A DNA stretch of 58,846 bases, the filler included, from Streblomastix strix (lineage: Eukaryota): NCBI GenBank assembly GCA_008636045.1. It is 2 parts of 2 records of this genome, joined end to end, with 100 filler letters (N's around TTAATTAATTAA, not from the genome) between each part and the next. Parts side by side here need not be neighbours in the genome. Positions count along the whole stretch, not along the records: positions 1 to 29,392 come from SNRW01000101.1; 1 more part is not named here. One strand, written 5' to 3'. Numbering within the stretch: the stretch's first letter is position 1; each line of letters opens with the position of its first letter. The notes under the pieces were generated by a model. It saw only the letters and a program-made list of their open reading frames with translations. It was not told the DNA's origin and did not search any database. Below are positions 1 through 18,900 of the stretch, one piece after another. Made by a program: the position numbers and the translations under genes.

Positions 1-223
1 CCATCTTTCCAGTATATCTTTCTTCCGCAGTGCATCTATGTCCTTCAAATTCTTCAATGCACAGTACTTGTTGTTTATTGCCGTTTAAAATTTTCGACCC
101 TTCTTTGTTGCAATATTGATGTAACATAACATGATAGTTTCCAATTATATCTTTATAATCATTACATATATATATGTCCTTATGAAATGGATGTTATTGA
201 CATCTTAATATTGGCTTTGTCAT
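1..223 (-). CDS. 5' part of a hypothetical Cys/His-rich protein, truncated by the window edge
   Basis: Table-6 frame from ATG at 223: MTKPILRCQQHPFHKDIYICNDYKDIIGNYHVMLHQYCNKEG...EGHRCTAEERYTGKM, open to base 1. No family recognised. Confidence 0.45.
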
Positions 224-1271
224 TATTCTGTTTTTATAATTTATCTAAAAATAATAAAAAATTAATAATAAAATTAATTACATCAAATATTGGTGTAATT
301 ATATTGAAAATTCATACAATTTTATCAGATTTTATCAAAATAAGAATATAATTCTTTACAAGTTCGCAAATCTAACTCAAAGTATCTGAAATAGTAAGAA
401 ACTAAAATTAATCCAATAAAACATTAGAAATTTAATAATTCGAAAATTAGTAAATAAAATTAAAAAAAATATCTTAAATAATTGAATAAATTTCGATTCA
501 AATCAGGCAATTTAATTGAAACTGAAAAATAATTTTGATTGAAAGTAATATTATTTATTAATAATGATTTTCGATGTACAAAAAGCAAAAATTAAAAAAA
601 ATTAAAAATTTCCAATTATAAAATAGTATCAATTGATTTAAAACAGCTTACAACTAATTAAAGTTTATAAATTATAATTGATGCTAAATTGGTATGTAAA
701 ATAAATTTATACATTAAATGTGACATTTTCCATAAATTTTATTGAAAAATGCAGTATTCAAATAAAAACATAAAAATTAATAAAAAATATTAAATTAATA
801 ATGTTATTTATCATAAGTATCATAATTTGTACTCAGAAATTGATGTAACTTACATATTTTTTTGAAAATAAAAAGACTAATTATTATATAAATAAGAAGT
901 ATTAATATTTATTGAAATTAATTTTTTTAGCATTAATTTTTCTTGGACAAATGAAAAATCATAGCCAGACATTTTGAGCAAAAAAAAATCATTCTTAACA
1001 TGCTTATAAATAAATAATAATTGCAAATATTGCCATTTTTATTTAAATTTTATAAAAGATAATGTATTCTATACTCTCTATTTGCTAGATAAATGAACTT
1101 CAATTTTACTTAATTTGCTTAATGAAATATTTAATTTTTCCAATTTAAATTTATTCTTCATAATATTTACTATTTAATTATATGATAAATTATTGTTTTC
1201 AATTTAAAATTATACAATTATTTTATCTTTTTTTTGAAAATTAACATATTTGACAGAATTTAAACCTTTCA

Positions 1272-1975
1272 ATGAGCAGAATTACAACAAGATAGAAGAA
1301 AAAAGAATTGAACATGATTGTAGAATACATAGATAGTGATTCTGACACCTAATTAAATTTAGAGTAACCACCAATAAAGCGAAAAAGAAGCGAAATTGAA
1401 ATTTCTAGCAGTGGTGAGGAAGAAATCAATGCTTAAGACATAATTAAAGAAACTCTTCAGAAATAAATAAACTCTGAAAGTTAAAATGATCTCAAAGATA
1501 AAACCACTGGTATAAATCCCGAATCAAATAATAAGAGAATAAGAATAGAAAATGATGATGTTACTGAAATCAATTCATAAGTAGAGAATAAATAAGTTGA
1601 ATTTCCTGAAACGCTTGAAAGGAAATTAACTTGACGTAAGATACTCAAAACTGAAAAACGAAAGGTTTTTTTCTTCTTTTTCAAAATTTTATAAAAAAAA
1701 TGTTTTAATATCATTTTTTTTTCACATTAATTTATTGTCCGTAGATATGGACACCTCTGGAAGATGCACAACTACTAAAGGGCATTGCAAAACATGGGTT
1801 GAAATGGGCTACTATTGTATGTGATCCCGAGTTAACATGGTCGCGAACTGACACACAATTGAAAGATCGGTACAGAACTTTGCTTAAGGACGAATAATGG
1901 AGCAAATAGCTTGCAAGGAAGATGAGCAAGAAAGAAAAAGAAGAATCTCAAAATAAAATAGAAGAAATTGTATGA
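1272..1975 (+). CDS. Single C-terminal Myb (telobox/TRF-like) DNA-binding protein; 2 exons; one in-frame TGA at 1632-1634
   Basis: ATG 1272, intron 1665-1744 (AAG|gttttt...gtag), stop TGA 1973-1975. The spliced junction gives KRK-IWTPLEDAQLLKGIAKHGLKWATIVCDPELTWSRTDTQLKDRYRTL, matching the telobox LKD(R/K)WR(T/N) motif. Confidence 0.8.
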
Positions 1976-2396
1976 GAACTTTAGGAGTGAACAGGAAAAT
2001 AATCCAATTTTAGAACAAGTTTTTCTCACTTCCAGTATTATAAAAGTAATTTATTTAAACATTTTTGCTTATAAATGTTATTTGCCTGTCATTTAATTTT
2101 AATACATAACGTTTTATTTTATTTTCTTTGAGTTCGGAGCATTTTCTAACATTTATAGGTTTTCACCCTACCACAATAAATATAGTTAATTTAAATTTTA
2201 AAACTCTTTGTCTGCTTGAATAATAAAAACATTTCTCTAATTTACTAACAATTCTTAACATTTGCTTACTTAAAAACACGTTGATGAAATTTATCACAAA
2301 AATATTTGTTTATCACTCTCATTAAGTTGAATAATTACAATAATTATATATTTTTTAAATTAAATATTAAAGTTTATATTTCTTCTTTCATAGAAC

Positions 2397-4168
2397 ATGG
2401 AAAAAGACGTTGAACAAGCTCAAAGCGGTCAAACGGAGATTGAAGAAGAGGTCGGGCTTAATAGCAAGGCTAAAGCGCTTAGCGAACAAAGGTTTGATTT
2501 TAATTCTTTCCATCCATCCTTTAATTTTTTGCTTGTAGTGATGCAAGAGGAATAATTACACTTTTGACCGAGATAAAACCAAGACTTATGAAAATGGCGA
2601 GTACTCGTATGGCTAAAATAGTGCGCGCGTTTATTGACTTCCTTGTTAGTATTCACGATATTGACGCCGAGCGCGAGCAAGCCATCCAAAGCTGGATTGA
2701 CTTCGCACTCGAGGAAAAAAAAGTGTTTCTCCGGCAGAGATTAGAAATTTGCCTGTGCGCATTTTACTACCAAGTCAGCCAATTCCAAAAAATGCGAACT
2801 TTGCTGATGAAACTTCTCAAAGAAACGAAGAAATTGGACGATAAGAGACTATTAGTGGATATCCACATACTTGAGAGCTAATGCTTCATCAGATTAATGG
2901 ACTTACCGCGTGCAAGAGTATGTATAGTTAAATATTTATTTGAAACTTTACTATTATTAATAATATATTACATATATATCTTATTCATCTTTTATACAAT
3001 ATATAATACATATAATATATTCATCATATATATAACATATAACATATAATATATTCATCACATATATAACATATAATATATTAAATATATATAATATATA
3101 TACCATATACCATATACTATCACATACACACAACAACAGGCCGCCATTACCTCAGCGCGAATGGAAGCCAATGTAATCTACGTCCCCCCAAATCTTCAAT
3201 CCCGCTTAGATTACTGGACTGGTATGCTCTATTCTCAGGAAAGGGACTTCAAAACCGGGTTTTCGTATTTTTACGAGGCTTATGAGAGCTATGATAGCTA
3301 AGGTTATTAATATAAGGTTGATGCTTCACATACTCTGAAGATGGTGGCATTGTGTAAGACTATGCAAGGTAAACCTGAGGAATGCGTTGCGCTGCTGGCG
3401 GGGAAGATTGCGCTGAAGTATAATAGTGTGAGTGGTTATTATTATTATATATATAATTATATATTTATATATGATATATGGTATAATATAGTTTGATATA
3501 ATATAATTATTTGATACATGATATTATATTTTAATTATATATATACATCATATCACACACACCAGATTCCGACATCCAGGCCATGAAACGAATCGCCACC
3601 GCATATGAGCATCGATCATTGGATGAGTATCAATCAGCACTTACTCAATTCCCATCAGAATTATAAGGAGATTTCGCAGTAGCTTCACATTTAGAGGAAT
3701 TGGGGGATACTCTTTTTGAATAACACTTATAGAGACTGGTAGAACCATATTCTGTTGTTGAGATTGACCATATAGCGAAGCTGATTAAGATTGATCCTGC
3801 GATTGTGGAGAAAAAGTATAAGGGGAAATTATATGGATAATTTATATGTGATAATTAATTGGAATTTTATATGTGATAATTAATTAGATAATTTAAATGT
3901 GATAATTAATTTGGATTTTTTATATGAGATAATTAATTAGAATTTTATATGTAATAATTGGTTTTTTTATGATATGAATATTTGTTATAGGCTGGCATAG
4001 ATGATTTTGGAGCAGAAGATTGACGCACAATTGGATCAGGAAACGAGATGGCTTACAATAATCGAGCGTGAGGACGAGAACAAACTACTGTAAAACACAC
4101 TCACGTCATTGGTTGCCTTGGACAAGGCACTTGATGGCTTGGGTCTCAAGTCAACATTTATCAAGTGA
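2397..4168 (+). CDS. RPN6: 26S proteasome lid subunit Rpn6/PSMD11 (PCI domain); 5 exons
   Basis: Motifs [87 protein letters not shown]. Introns at about 2492-2538, 2918-3139, 3427-3564 and 3816-3990. Stop TGA 4166-4168. In-frame TAA/TAG fall at Gln-compatible sites. Confidence 0.95.
3841..3960. repeat. Imperfect ~22-23-bp tandem repeat (ttttatatgtgataattaatt-like) inside the last RPN6 intron
   Basis: About five visible copies of the tatatgtgataattaatt core. Confidence 0.7.
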
Positions 4169-4301
4169 AAATACATCGGAAAATATGGAATAAATCTATA
4201 AAAACATGATTTTTTTTTTACTTAAAAATGAATCTTATAAAATAAAAAGCACGATTTCTCAGTTCAAAGTTCGTAAAATGAATTAATAGCATAATACATC
4301 G

Positions 4302-9780
<5,479 letters not shown>

Positions 9781-10003
9781 AATTCATTTTTATTTTGATT
9801 ATTATTCATAATTTTATTTATTTATTAATTGTTTTAGTATTTATTATTATTTTTATCTTCAAAGTTAATAAAAAATAAAAAATTTTAGAATATTTAATTA
9901 AATTTAGTTATAATTTATTTAGACCAATTAAATTTAAATGCAACATTTAAAAAATTAACTTTGTTTATTAATTTAAACTCTTTAGCACTGTTAAAATAGA
10001 AGT

Positions 10004-10251
10004 GAGTTAAAGATTGAATAAGAAAATAATAATTTAATAAATTGATAAAAGTATTTCTTATTAGAAAGAGAACGAGTTAAAGATTGAATAAGAAAATAAT
10101 AAATTAATAAATTAATAATAGTATTTCTTATTAGAAAGAGAACGAGTTAAAGATTGAATAAGAAAATAATAATTCAATAAATTGATTAAAGTATTTCTTA
10201 TTAGAAAGAGAACGAGTTAAAGATTGAATAAGAAAATAATAATTCAATAAA
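10004..10251. repeat. 70-bp tandem repeat, about 3.5 copies
   Basis: Unit gagttaaagattgaataagaaaataataat...gtatttcttattagaaagagaac starts at 10004, 10074, 10144 and 10214. Confidence 0.95.
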
Positions 10252-10260
10252 GAATTAATA

Positions 10261-11894
10261 TCATTTATTCTATTCTAAATATGAAACTAAACTTTCAATA
10301 TTTATTTGATTTAATTCAACATCTTCCTGATCAAGTAGTTAACTTATCCATTACTTTATTTTATCTTAACTTTTTTACCTTTAAACATCACTGAGAATTT
10401 TAATCTTTAATAATTCCTCAGCAAATTATCTCTCCCTTTCATTTTACGGAGTATCTGTATCATTTCTGGCATACTTATCTTTTACTTCTTATACTTCAAT
10501 TTACCATCTCAAGTTGAAAACTGAGAAATATTAATCAATTACAGACTGTATCTTCTTTTATTGTTATGTTTATGTTTCACTTAATTCTTGACTTTCTTAT
10601 TATCGTCGCCTATATGAATATTATGCTTCTCTCTCTTCTTCGCGCTATTTGTAACACCTGTAGCAACAGCAGCAGCAACAGCAGCATGGTATAATAACAA
10701 TTGATGCTACTATAACACCTCCAACAACAAACACAAGAATCCAGAACCATTTGCTCTCATACCAAATGGTAGCAAGCTCAAGATCTTTCTTTGCACAATC
10801 CCTTTTGCCAATTTCTTGTCCTGATGTGTACACAAGAATTTAGCTGAAGGTCAAACTGCTTATAAATTCAACAGAGAACTTTTTATGCTTACTTATAGGA
10901 ACATACGATGATGGGTCATAGGCTTTGAAATACATTGCAGTTTTCCAGAATGTTTTACTCCCATGTGTATACCATCCATAAATGACAATACTTTCATAAT
11001 TATCTTTTTCATGCTATTTCATATGTATCATTTAAATAGGACCTACCTTAAGGAGAATCTTCTTGAAAAGAAGTTCATCATAGCCCATGATTTCGCCAAT
11101 ACGAATATCTGTGACCAGTTCACATAATTTATTCCCGCTTTTGCACTTCTCTTAGCACAATCCCGAATCCAGAATTTCACTGCCAACACATGCTTCTGGA
11201 ATAATAGGGTGGAGAAGTATAGTCTCATCAATACTCATACTGCACACAGAATCAAGATCTACAATCTCAGGTATTGTATCATCATCAGTATAAACCATGG
11301 CTTATATTGGATGGCAGTAAATTGGGTGATATGGTGACGGGTATCCAGAAGGCATTGCATATATCATCCTAAGAACAGTCATTACTGCATAGTAACCACC
11401 TTCAAACATGTAATGGATGGATCTGCACTGCAAATATTTATTTTAGTTGTGAATATCGTCAAAGAATTCAGAATAGCCAGAATCATCAAAAAGAGAGAAT
11501 TGCTCTGAATTTTCGGTTGCTTCTGTTTATTTGGATGGAATATTATCAACATTTACAACATCTTCCGGTTGTATCCTATTATCATATACAACATATGGAA
11601 TGCCATCTTCAGTTGATAGTGATCTACGAAGCCAAACTATGGAGTTATTGAATTCTTCATTAGATTTACTATCTAATGTTGAATTTGTATATTTCTATTA
11701 AAAAATATAATTTAAGGAAAATATTAGTTTAAATTATCAAATAAATAATAAATATATTTTTAATGAACCTGATATGAATTTGAATATGGAACTTTTCCAA
11801 ACATTGATCTATCAAGGTACGTATTTGTAGAACTTCTGGCCTAATAATTGGAAACAAGCAAAGCAAATGCTATAAGCAGAATCTATAATTTCAT
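10261..11894 (-). CDS. Type I membrane protein (~519 aa): signal peptide, degenerate papain/cathepsin-B-like domain, TM helix, poly-Cys, cytosolic tail
   Basis: MKLQILLIAFALLVS start at 11894, intron 11768-11695. QCRSIHYMF, LLKVGPIQM and YESIVIYGWYTHGSKTFWKTAMYF follow the order of C1A motifs. TM WFWILVFVVGGVIVASIVII is followed by PCCCCCCCCY. Stop TGA at 10263-10261. Confidence 0.75.
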
Positions 11895-12991
11895 TTCCTA
11901 TAAATTTAATCAATATAATCATCATAAATTAGGGGGATAAAGATCATGAGTAGGGTTGTTAGTTCTTACATTTTTCAATAATTAAAGAGATTTCTGGTTA
12001 AAAATGTTAAAAATTGTCAGTTTACCCAAATCCGAGGCAACTGGCGATTTTTTTATTTATTAATGCCCAACGGATAGTGACATTTTCAATTGTAAGAGTT
12101 TTGGTAAAATATAATTAGTTTGATGATTTAAGTTGTAAATTTGCTCATTTAGTTAGTATGCGCGTATGTGGAGGCTGAAACAAAAGGATTCTTACTATTT
12201 CACCATCCATATATATTTATACAATTTGACCTATAATAATCATATACTATAAATTATATTAATAATTTTAATATTATTAATTTAATATTTATTAACTATA
12301 AAAATCTTTATATACAGTGTTTGTTTTATATATATTTATCAATAATTTAAGAGACTTTTAGATCCTTCTTCAAAGCACTTATCAAATGAGAAAATAATTT
12401 GAAGGTAAATCAATGAATCAACTGAACCAGATTAATGTTAATAAATTTTCATCCACTAAACTTCTATTTTTTCTTGAAAATTGTTCAATTAATATATTGG
12501 AAATTATCAATAAACAACTTTAGTAGCGTTGAAAAGTTCAATAATATAGATATAAAGATGTCTTAAGAGTGCAAAACGAAAGATAAAAAGAAAGATAAAA
12601 AGAAGGATAAAGGGATTGCGAAAGAGAAATATAACTACATATAAAAAGATAATTAAAAGAATAATATATGATGTTGTGCTTTAGTGCGAATGAAGGATTG
12701 AAAGAATTACGTAAGTCCGTTAAAAGGCGAGACAATCGAATTTTTTGGATGAAAATAAAAAAAATAAAAAAAAATCTTTTTTTTTTCATTCAAATAATAA
12801 ATAATTAAAAAATAGATTTGTAGATTTATTTATATTCCAAGTTTAATTATTATACTAATTTAATACATTTGAATTAATAAATTTTATCATTATTTATCTA
12901 AATTTTGAAATTACCTGCCTAGTCCGCATCGTAACGCAATATCCGATTAATAAATTATATTCATATATATAATTAAGTTTATAATTAATCA

Positions 12992-15900
12992 ATGAAAGGA
13001 TTAAAGAAAAACACTGTACCCAGCGAGTTCTATTCAATTTTGAAGACTAGCACCGTTTTTGATGAGCTTCGAGCCGACATAGGAACAATGAATGAAGGTT
13101 TTTAAAATACATTTATATTTTTAGCGAAATTAGTATATATTCAAAAAATGCAGATGCGCTTTGCCGGGCGTTCGATCGAGTTTCAACATTTACAGCTCTT
13201 CGAGTTGGCGACGTATTTACAAATATTCCACGTGATGGAATTTCTGTTGTATTTCGTTGTCTTAGGAAGGTCACCTTTATATTAAGAAATCGTAGGTGTG
13301 CTAATACATATATTTATAGCAAAAAAAATATTTAATTCTTAACATTTTTAACCAGTGAACTTGGATGGGAAACTTCACTTAAACTTAATAAAATGCTTCG
13401 TACAAGTCTTTCATTTCTTCTTTTGTCAATTCCAAGAGTAAAAGAAGGCATGTACCTAGTGAAATATGTTCAAGCATTTTTTCCTGGGAACAAGAAGTTT
13501 TTTGTGATACAAAAAGAAATCAACCAAGCTCTTAGCGTAGTTCCAAAGCCACTTGAAGGTATTCTACGATTCAATCCTAAAGATATTATTGGACACAAAG
13601 TACATGTACAGCTTGTAGCCAAACTGATTAAATACAAATTTTGCGATATTTGTACTAATCTTTTATCTCGATTTGTGGAGAAAGATAAATATGCCTCAAG
13701 GCTAAATTAAAAGGATAAAATAATAAAACATGGATCAGATGACTCAAATGCCAAATCAAACCAAAACACACTGAAAAACATAAAAAATTAAAAATTAAAC
13801 CAAAATTCATCAAAAATTAAATCAGATTAAAAAATTAAATTAACAATTAAAGGAAAATTTTCAGAACTATTAGAATCAGACGATGATGAAGAAGAAGATG
13901 AAGATGAATAAGACAATGAAGAGGAAGATAGCAATGATGATAATGATGCCCCTTCATTGAGCTTTTCATTACTGAGGAGTATATTGCTTCCTGTTTATTC
14001 AGTTTGTATTTAATTTAATCAAATTTTTCTATATATTATATATTATATATATAAATGTAAATATAAACAATTGTTATTTATTTCTAATATATATTTATAT
14101 TATATTTATATTCTATATTGCTACTTATTTAGATGTCGTTGTATGTAAGTCCACAGGAGATGCGAAATCAATGTCTCACTTTGGCGCATCAATTGGGTAT
14201 GAATTGAATTAGTAATAATAAAGAAGATAATTTATTATTTGTTATTTAATTTTATTTTATTATTCGTTATTTAACTTTTATTTTATTATTCGTTATTTAA
14301 TTTTATTATTAATTTTTATTATATTATCAGCTGAATTATTAACAAAAGAAAGTGTTCTTAGAGAGATTAGCAGGTATTTATGTTGATATTATAATAAGAT
14401 ATTTAATTTACCATATTTTTTAATTGTATATATAAATATATAATAAACATTTGTATAATTAAATATTTATAATATATATATTTTAGAGACGAAGCCCTTC
14501 TTCAAGCAATATTTGTAGCTTCCAATTAAACATAATAATAATTACCTATTAACTAATAATAATCAAAACAACAACAAATTAACACAAAATCATAAGCAAC
14601 ATAAAATAAAGTAATTTTCTATGAGAAAGAAAATCTATAAACATAAGAAACAATGAATGAAAAAGTTGATATAAATGACCAATAAGAAAGCATGAAGCTT
14701 CTTGATGGAGCAGCAATGAGCTATTTCTGGGATTTTGAGTATGAAATTGAAAGATTCAAAGAAAATAGTGATGAAAAGTAAAAGAACGATAAAACGAATT
14801 AAAAAATTACTGAATAAAAATAGAAACAACAACAACAATAAGATAAAAGTTAAATAATGAATAATAACTTGAATTAGATTACGAATGCGACTTGGAAATA
14901 GAAGAATAAAGTTGATTTGATTGTTTCACTTATTCTGACAACTGCATTTCAGATGGAGGAAATAATAAGAAGTTGTGCGGTTTGTAATAATATATGTAAT
15001 ATATGTAATATATATTGGATAATATTTGATTTAATTATTGAATTTAATTCATTAATAATAAATATAATATTTAAATATATATATATATATATATATACTT
15101 TTTTACTTATTATTATTTTTTATTTATTCATTTATTTCAGCTTGATTAAACTAATGCTCAAAAAGGAATTGAAGAATTTAGATACAAATTGGGTGCTCGA
15201 TTGTTGACTACTGCTCCACTGCATAGGTATGAATATTATTATTTTATTGAAAAAGAATAAATATATTTGAAATAACTATATTTAATTGTTTTATTTTATT
15301 TAACTTGAGCTTTATTTTGTATTTGTTTTATTTTATTATGTTTTATATTCATCAATTAGACACAATGCCAAAGCAGGAATAATCATCCTATTTCCATTTC
15401 TCCAACTAATCGAATCAAGAATGATTGAAAATATGCTGTCTATGAAAATGCTGAATAATGAAGAAACTAAGAATGAAGAAACTCAAATATAGAAAATTGA
15501 CAAGAAATCGAAAGATGAATAAAAAGATAAGAAAAATGCAGTTATTACACAGAATTAATCATAATCTATAGTATTAGCATCATCATAATCAGCATAATAA
15601 TCTTCACTATCTATATATGATAGGATAATACAACTGTAGATAATACAATAACAGTAATTCATATATTGGATTAACTAGAAACTATCTCAAGTATTGTTAA
15701 TAGTCAATGAACAGAAAGATAAAATTATTGAAGAGGAATAAAAGATAAATGAAATAAATGCTGTCAAATAAGAAAATGAATTAAATAAAGAAAATAAAGT
15801 GAAATAATCAGAAAATAAGAAAATTGATAAATTGAATGAAAATGAAAAAGAAAATGTAAAATAATAAAATAAAGCAAATTTATAAACTCCTGAATAACTA

Positions 15901-18900
15901 AAGAAAAGGCAATCCCAGTTAATTTCTTTGTAATAACCAGCTTAATTTGATAAATAGATACAACAATAAATAAATATAAATGAACAAATCAGTTTAAATT
16001 CAGATCAAGTTAATCAAAACATCAACCTGATTAAAGATTTGAACAATTTCGGCTTCGTTCTGAAAGAAAATGAAGAAAATAAACAAAATCAACTTCAGCA
16101 ACTACAACAAATACAATTATTGGATTAAATATAATAATCAATTTAATAACAGTAATAACAATAACAATAATCAATATCATCAACTCCTTCATCTACAACT
16201 CCAAATTCAAATTCAATAACTCCAAACAGATCAAGATCTCCACCGAGGCCTCATTCTCCATCTAAATAATCATAATAGAGTTAATAATAATAATAAAGTT
16301 AATCATAGTAATAATTAAGTTAATAATAATAAATTTAATCTCTATTAAATCAATAACTGCAGAAATTGCCGTTAAATTTGAGTAATAATCCATCAGTTTA
16401 ATCAAACAAGTAAAATTCTTTATAATTTCCTTATAAATTCTAATCATCAATTCGACAACCAACAGCACCATATTATATACAATCGTTGCTATAATAATAG
16501 CAAATTTAAACTCTAAATAATCCATCATAACTATTTCCTAATACTAATACTACTACTCAATATCAATATTCTTAATCATTTCAAACTCAATATCAAACTC
16601 AATATCAATATTCTTCTTATCAACCATATATTTCATTCTAAACATATCCAACTTTAAATTTCTCAGTATCGCAATCATTGATTATTCCGATTTCGCTTCT
16701 TCCCAATTAGCAATTCTCATTATTCAGTCATTCAGCATTTAATATACCTTTTTATTAGGCACAGACAGTATTAAGTGCGTTAAATCAATAATAATAGTAA
16801 ATATCGATAACATAAATTAATACTCCGGATGTGAATATAAAGTTGAGTTAGCAGAATTAATAACAAATAGCAAATTTGAATGTAAATTAGAACTAATAAT
16901 TAATCACTTCACTTTCATAGTCATTTGTTATTATGAAATATAATGAATAATAAAAGTAATAATAAACATAAGAAGAAAAATCACAGATATTATAATAGTA
17001 AGACTAATAATCAAATACAAATATAGCTAATTAGAACAGCATTAATTCAAATAGTCCAAATTAAACTATAATTGATATTGATGAATTAGCAATTCAAGTT
17101 GATCATGAGAACAAGAATATCGAATATTAAGCTCTATTTAATATAATGTAAAAAAGAGAAAAGAAGAATGAACGAATTAAATAATAAGAAATTAAGAATG
17201 AATAAGAAAAAGAAAGATTAAAAATGAAAGAAAAAGAAAAAGAGAAAAATAAGAATATTAAGTAAAAGAAAGATTAATAATAAACCAAAGATGATTAAGA
17301 AATTATAATTCAAGAAAATATTGATTATGATGATGAAGAATAAAATGAAAATTAAATTCTTGTTTTATGTTCAGTTGCACCACGAAATAAATAATTCAAT
17401 AATTAGATCAATGTTAGTAAAGAAAAAGAGAATACATAAGAAAATAAACTTAAATAAACCAAGAATGAAATTCAGAAATACAATAAAACAATCAACAAAT
17501 ATGAAACCAGTAAAGAAAAAGATATCGATATTCCGTTCCCCAATGAATACTAATATTCCTAACCTTAATAATCATAATAACAATAACAATAACAACAATC
17601 ATCAAAATAATAGGAATAATAACAGCAGCAAAAACCACAATACGAATACCAACCACTTCTTCCAACACAGCAATTCACACCGACTTTCCCATCAATCGTT
17701 CATTTCTCAACTCCAACACTCATCCAAAAAGAGCACTTCATCAAACTAAGCTCCATAATCAACCTATCCGACTCACTTCTCAGAATAACGAATATGGACA
17801 TCGCCAGGTAAGATCTTGACGAAGAAGGCGATTCTGAGATTGAATTGGAAAGAGAACGCGAAAGAGAAAGAGAAATTGAAAGAGAAAGAGAAAGAGAGAA
17901 AGAAATCGAGATTGAGCGAATGAAAGAGAAAGAATTGGAGAGAATCGTTGAAGAGAAGATCAATAGGAGAGAGTAGAAGTTGAAGGAGAAGTTGGTTAGA
18001 GAGAAGAAATAATTGGAGAAAGAGAAAATATTGAAGGAAAAGGAAAAATAAATATAAATTGAAAAAGAAAAATAAATATAAATTGAAAAGGAAAAATAAT
18101 TAGAAAAAGAAAAATAAATAGAAAAAGAGAAATAAATAGAAAAAGAGAAATAATTAGAAAGAGAGAAAGATAAAGAAAGATCCAAATTAAAAGAAAGAGC
18201 TCGTTCATCATCAAGAGGGAGATCTAACACTTCTGCATCTGCTCAGAAACTAACTGAAAGAAGTCACACATTGAAAGTAACTGCAGATGAAAAGAAAGAT
18301 GTTATTTAGGAAAGTAAGTAAAATTAATAGGAGAAATTAAATTAATAGTAGAAATAAAATTAATAAGGAAAATTAAATTAATAGGATAAATAAAATTAAT
18401 AAGTTAAAGATGTGAAAATTTAGAAATAATAAGAAAAAACTGGAGACAAAAAAGAAATTGATATGAAAAATTAAGTAAATAAAGATGGATAAGTCAAAAC
18501 AGTTGAGAAAGTTGGATAGATTTAATAAAAGAAGGACATTGATAATAAATAAGTTGAAAAGAAAGAAATTTCTTAGAAAGATAATGCGAATAAAGAAAAT
18601 GTGAATAAAGAATAAATTAATAAAGAATAAATAAATAAAGAATAAGTAAATAAAAACATTGCAAAAAAAGATGAAACTAAAACTAATTAATAATCAACAC
18701 CAAAACAATCAGCAATTGGCAGAGCAAATACTAATTTACTATAAAAGCTAAAAGCATAAACTGCTGATCCTACAAATGATTTAACTTAATCTTAAATTCT
18801 TGCTCAGAATTAAAATCCAGTTGCTGGAACTCCAAAAATAATAAGTTAATTGCCAAAACTTGATTTATCCAAAATCGGGAATAAAAAAGTATCAACTCCA

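Noticed and set aside
10004..10251. CRISPR-like appearance of the 70-bp array
   Set aside because: Units are contiguous and near-identical with no unique spacers. The context is eukaryotic and no cas genes are present.
12413..12716. Short coding-like stretch (YKDVLRVQNERQKERQKEGQRDCEREIQ...) ending at a gtaagt donor
   Set aside because: No convincing start or downstream exon and no recognisable domain. Probably a gene relic, so not annotated.
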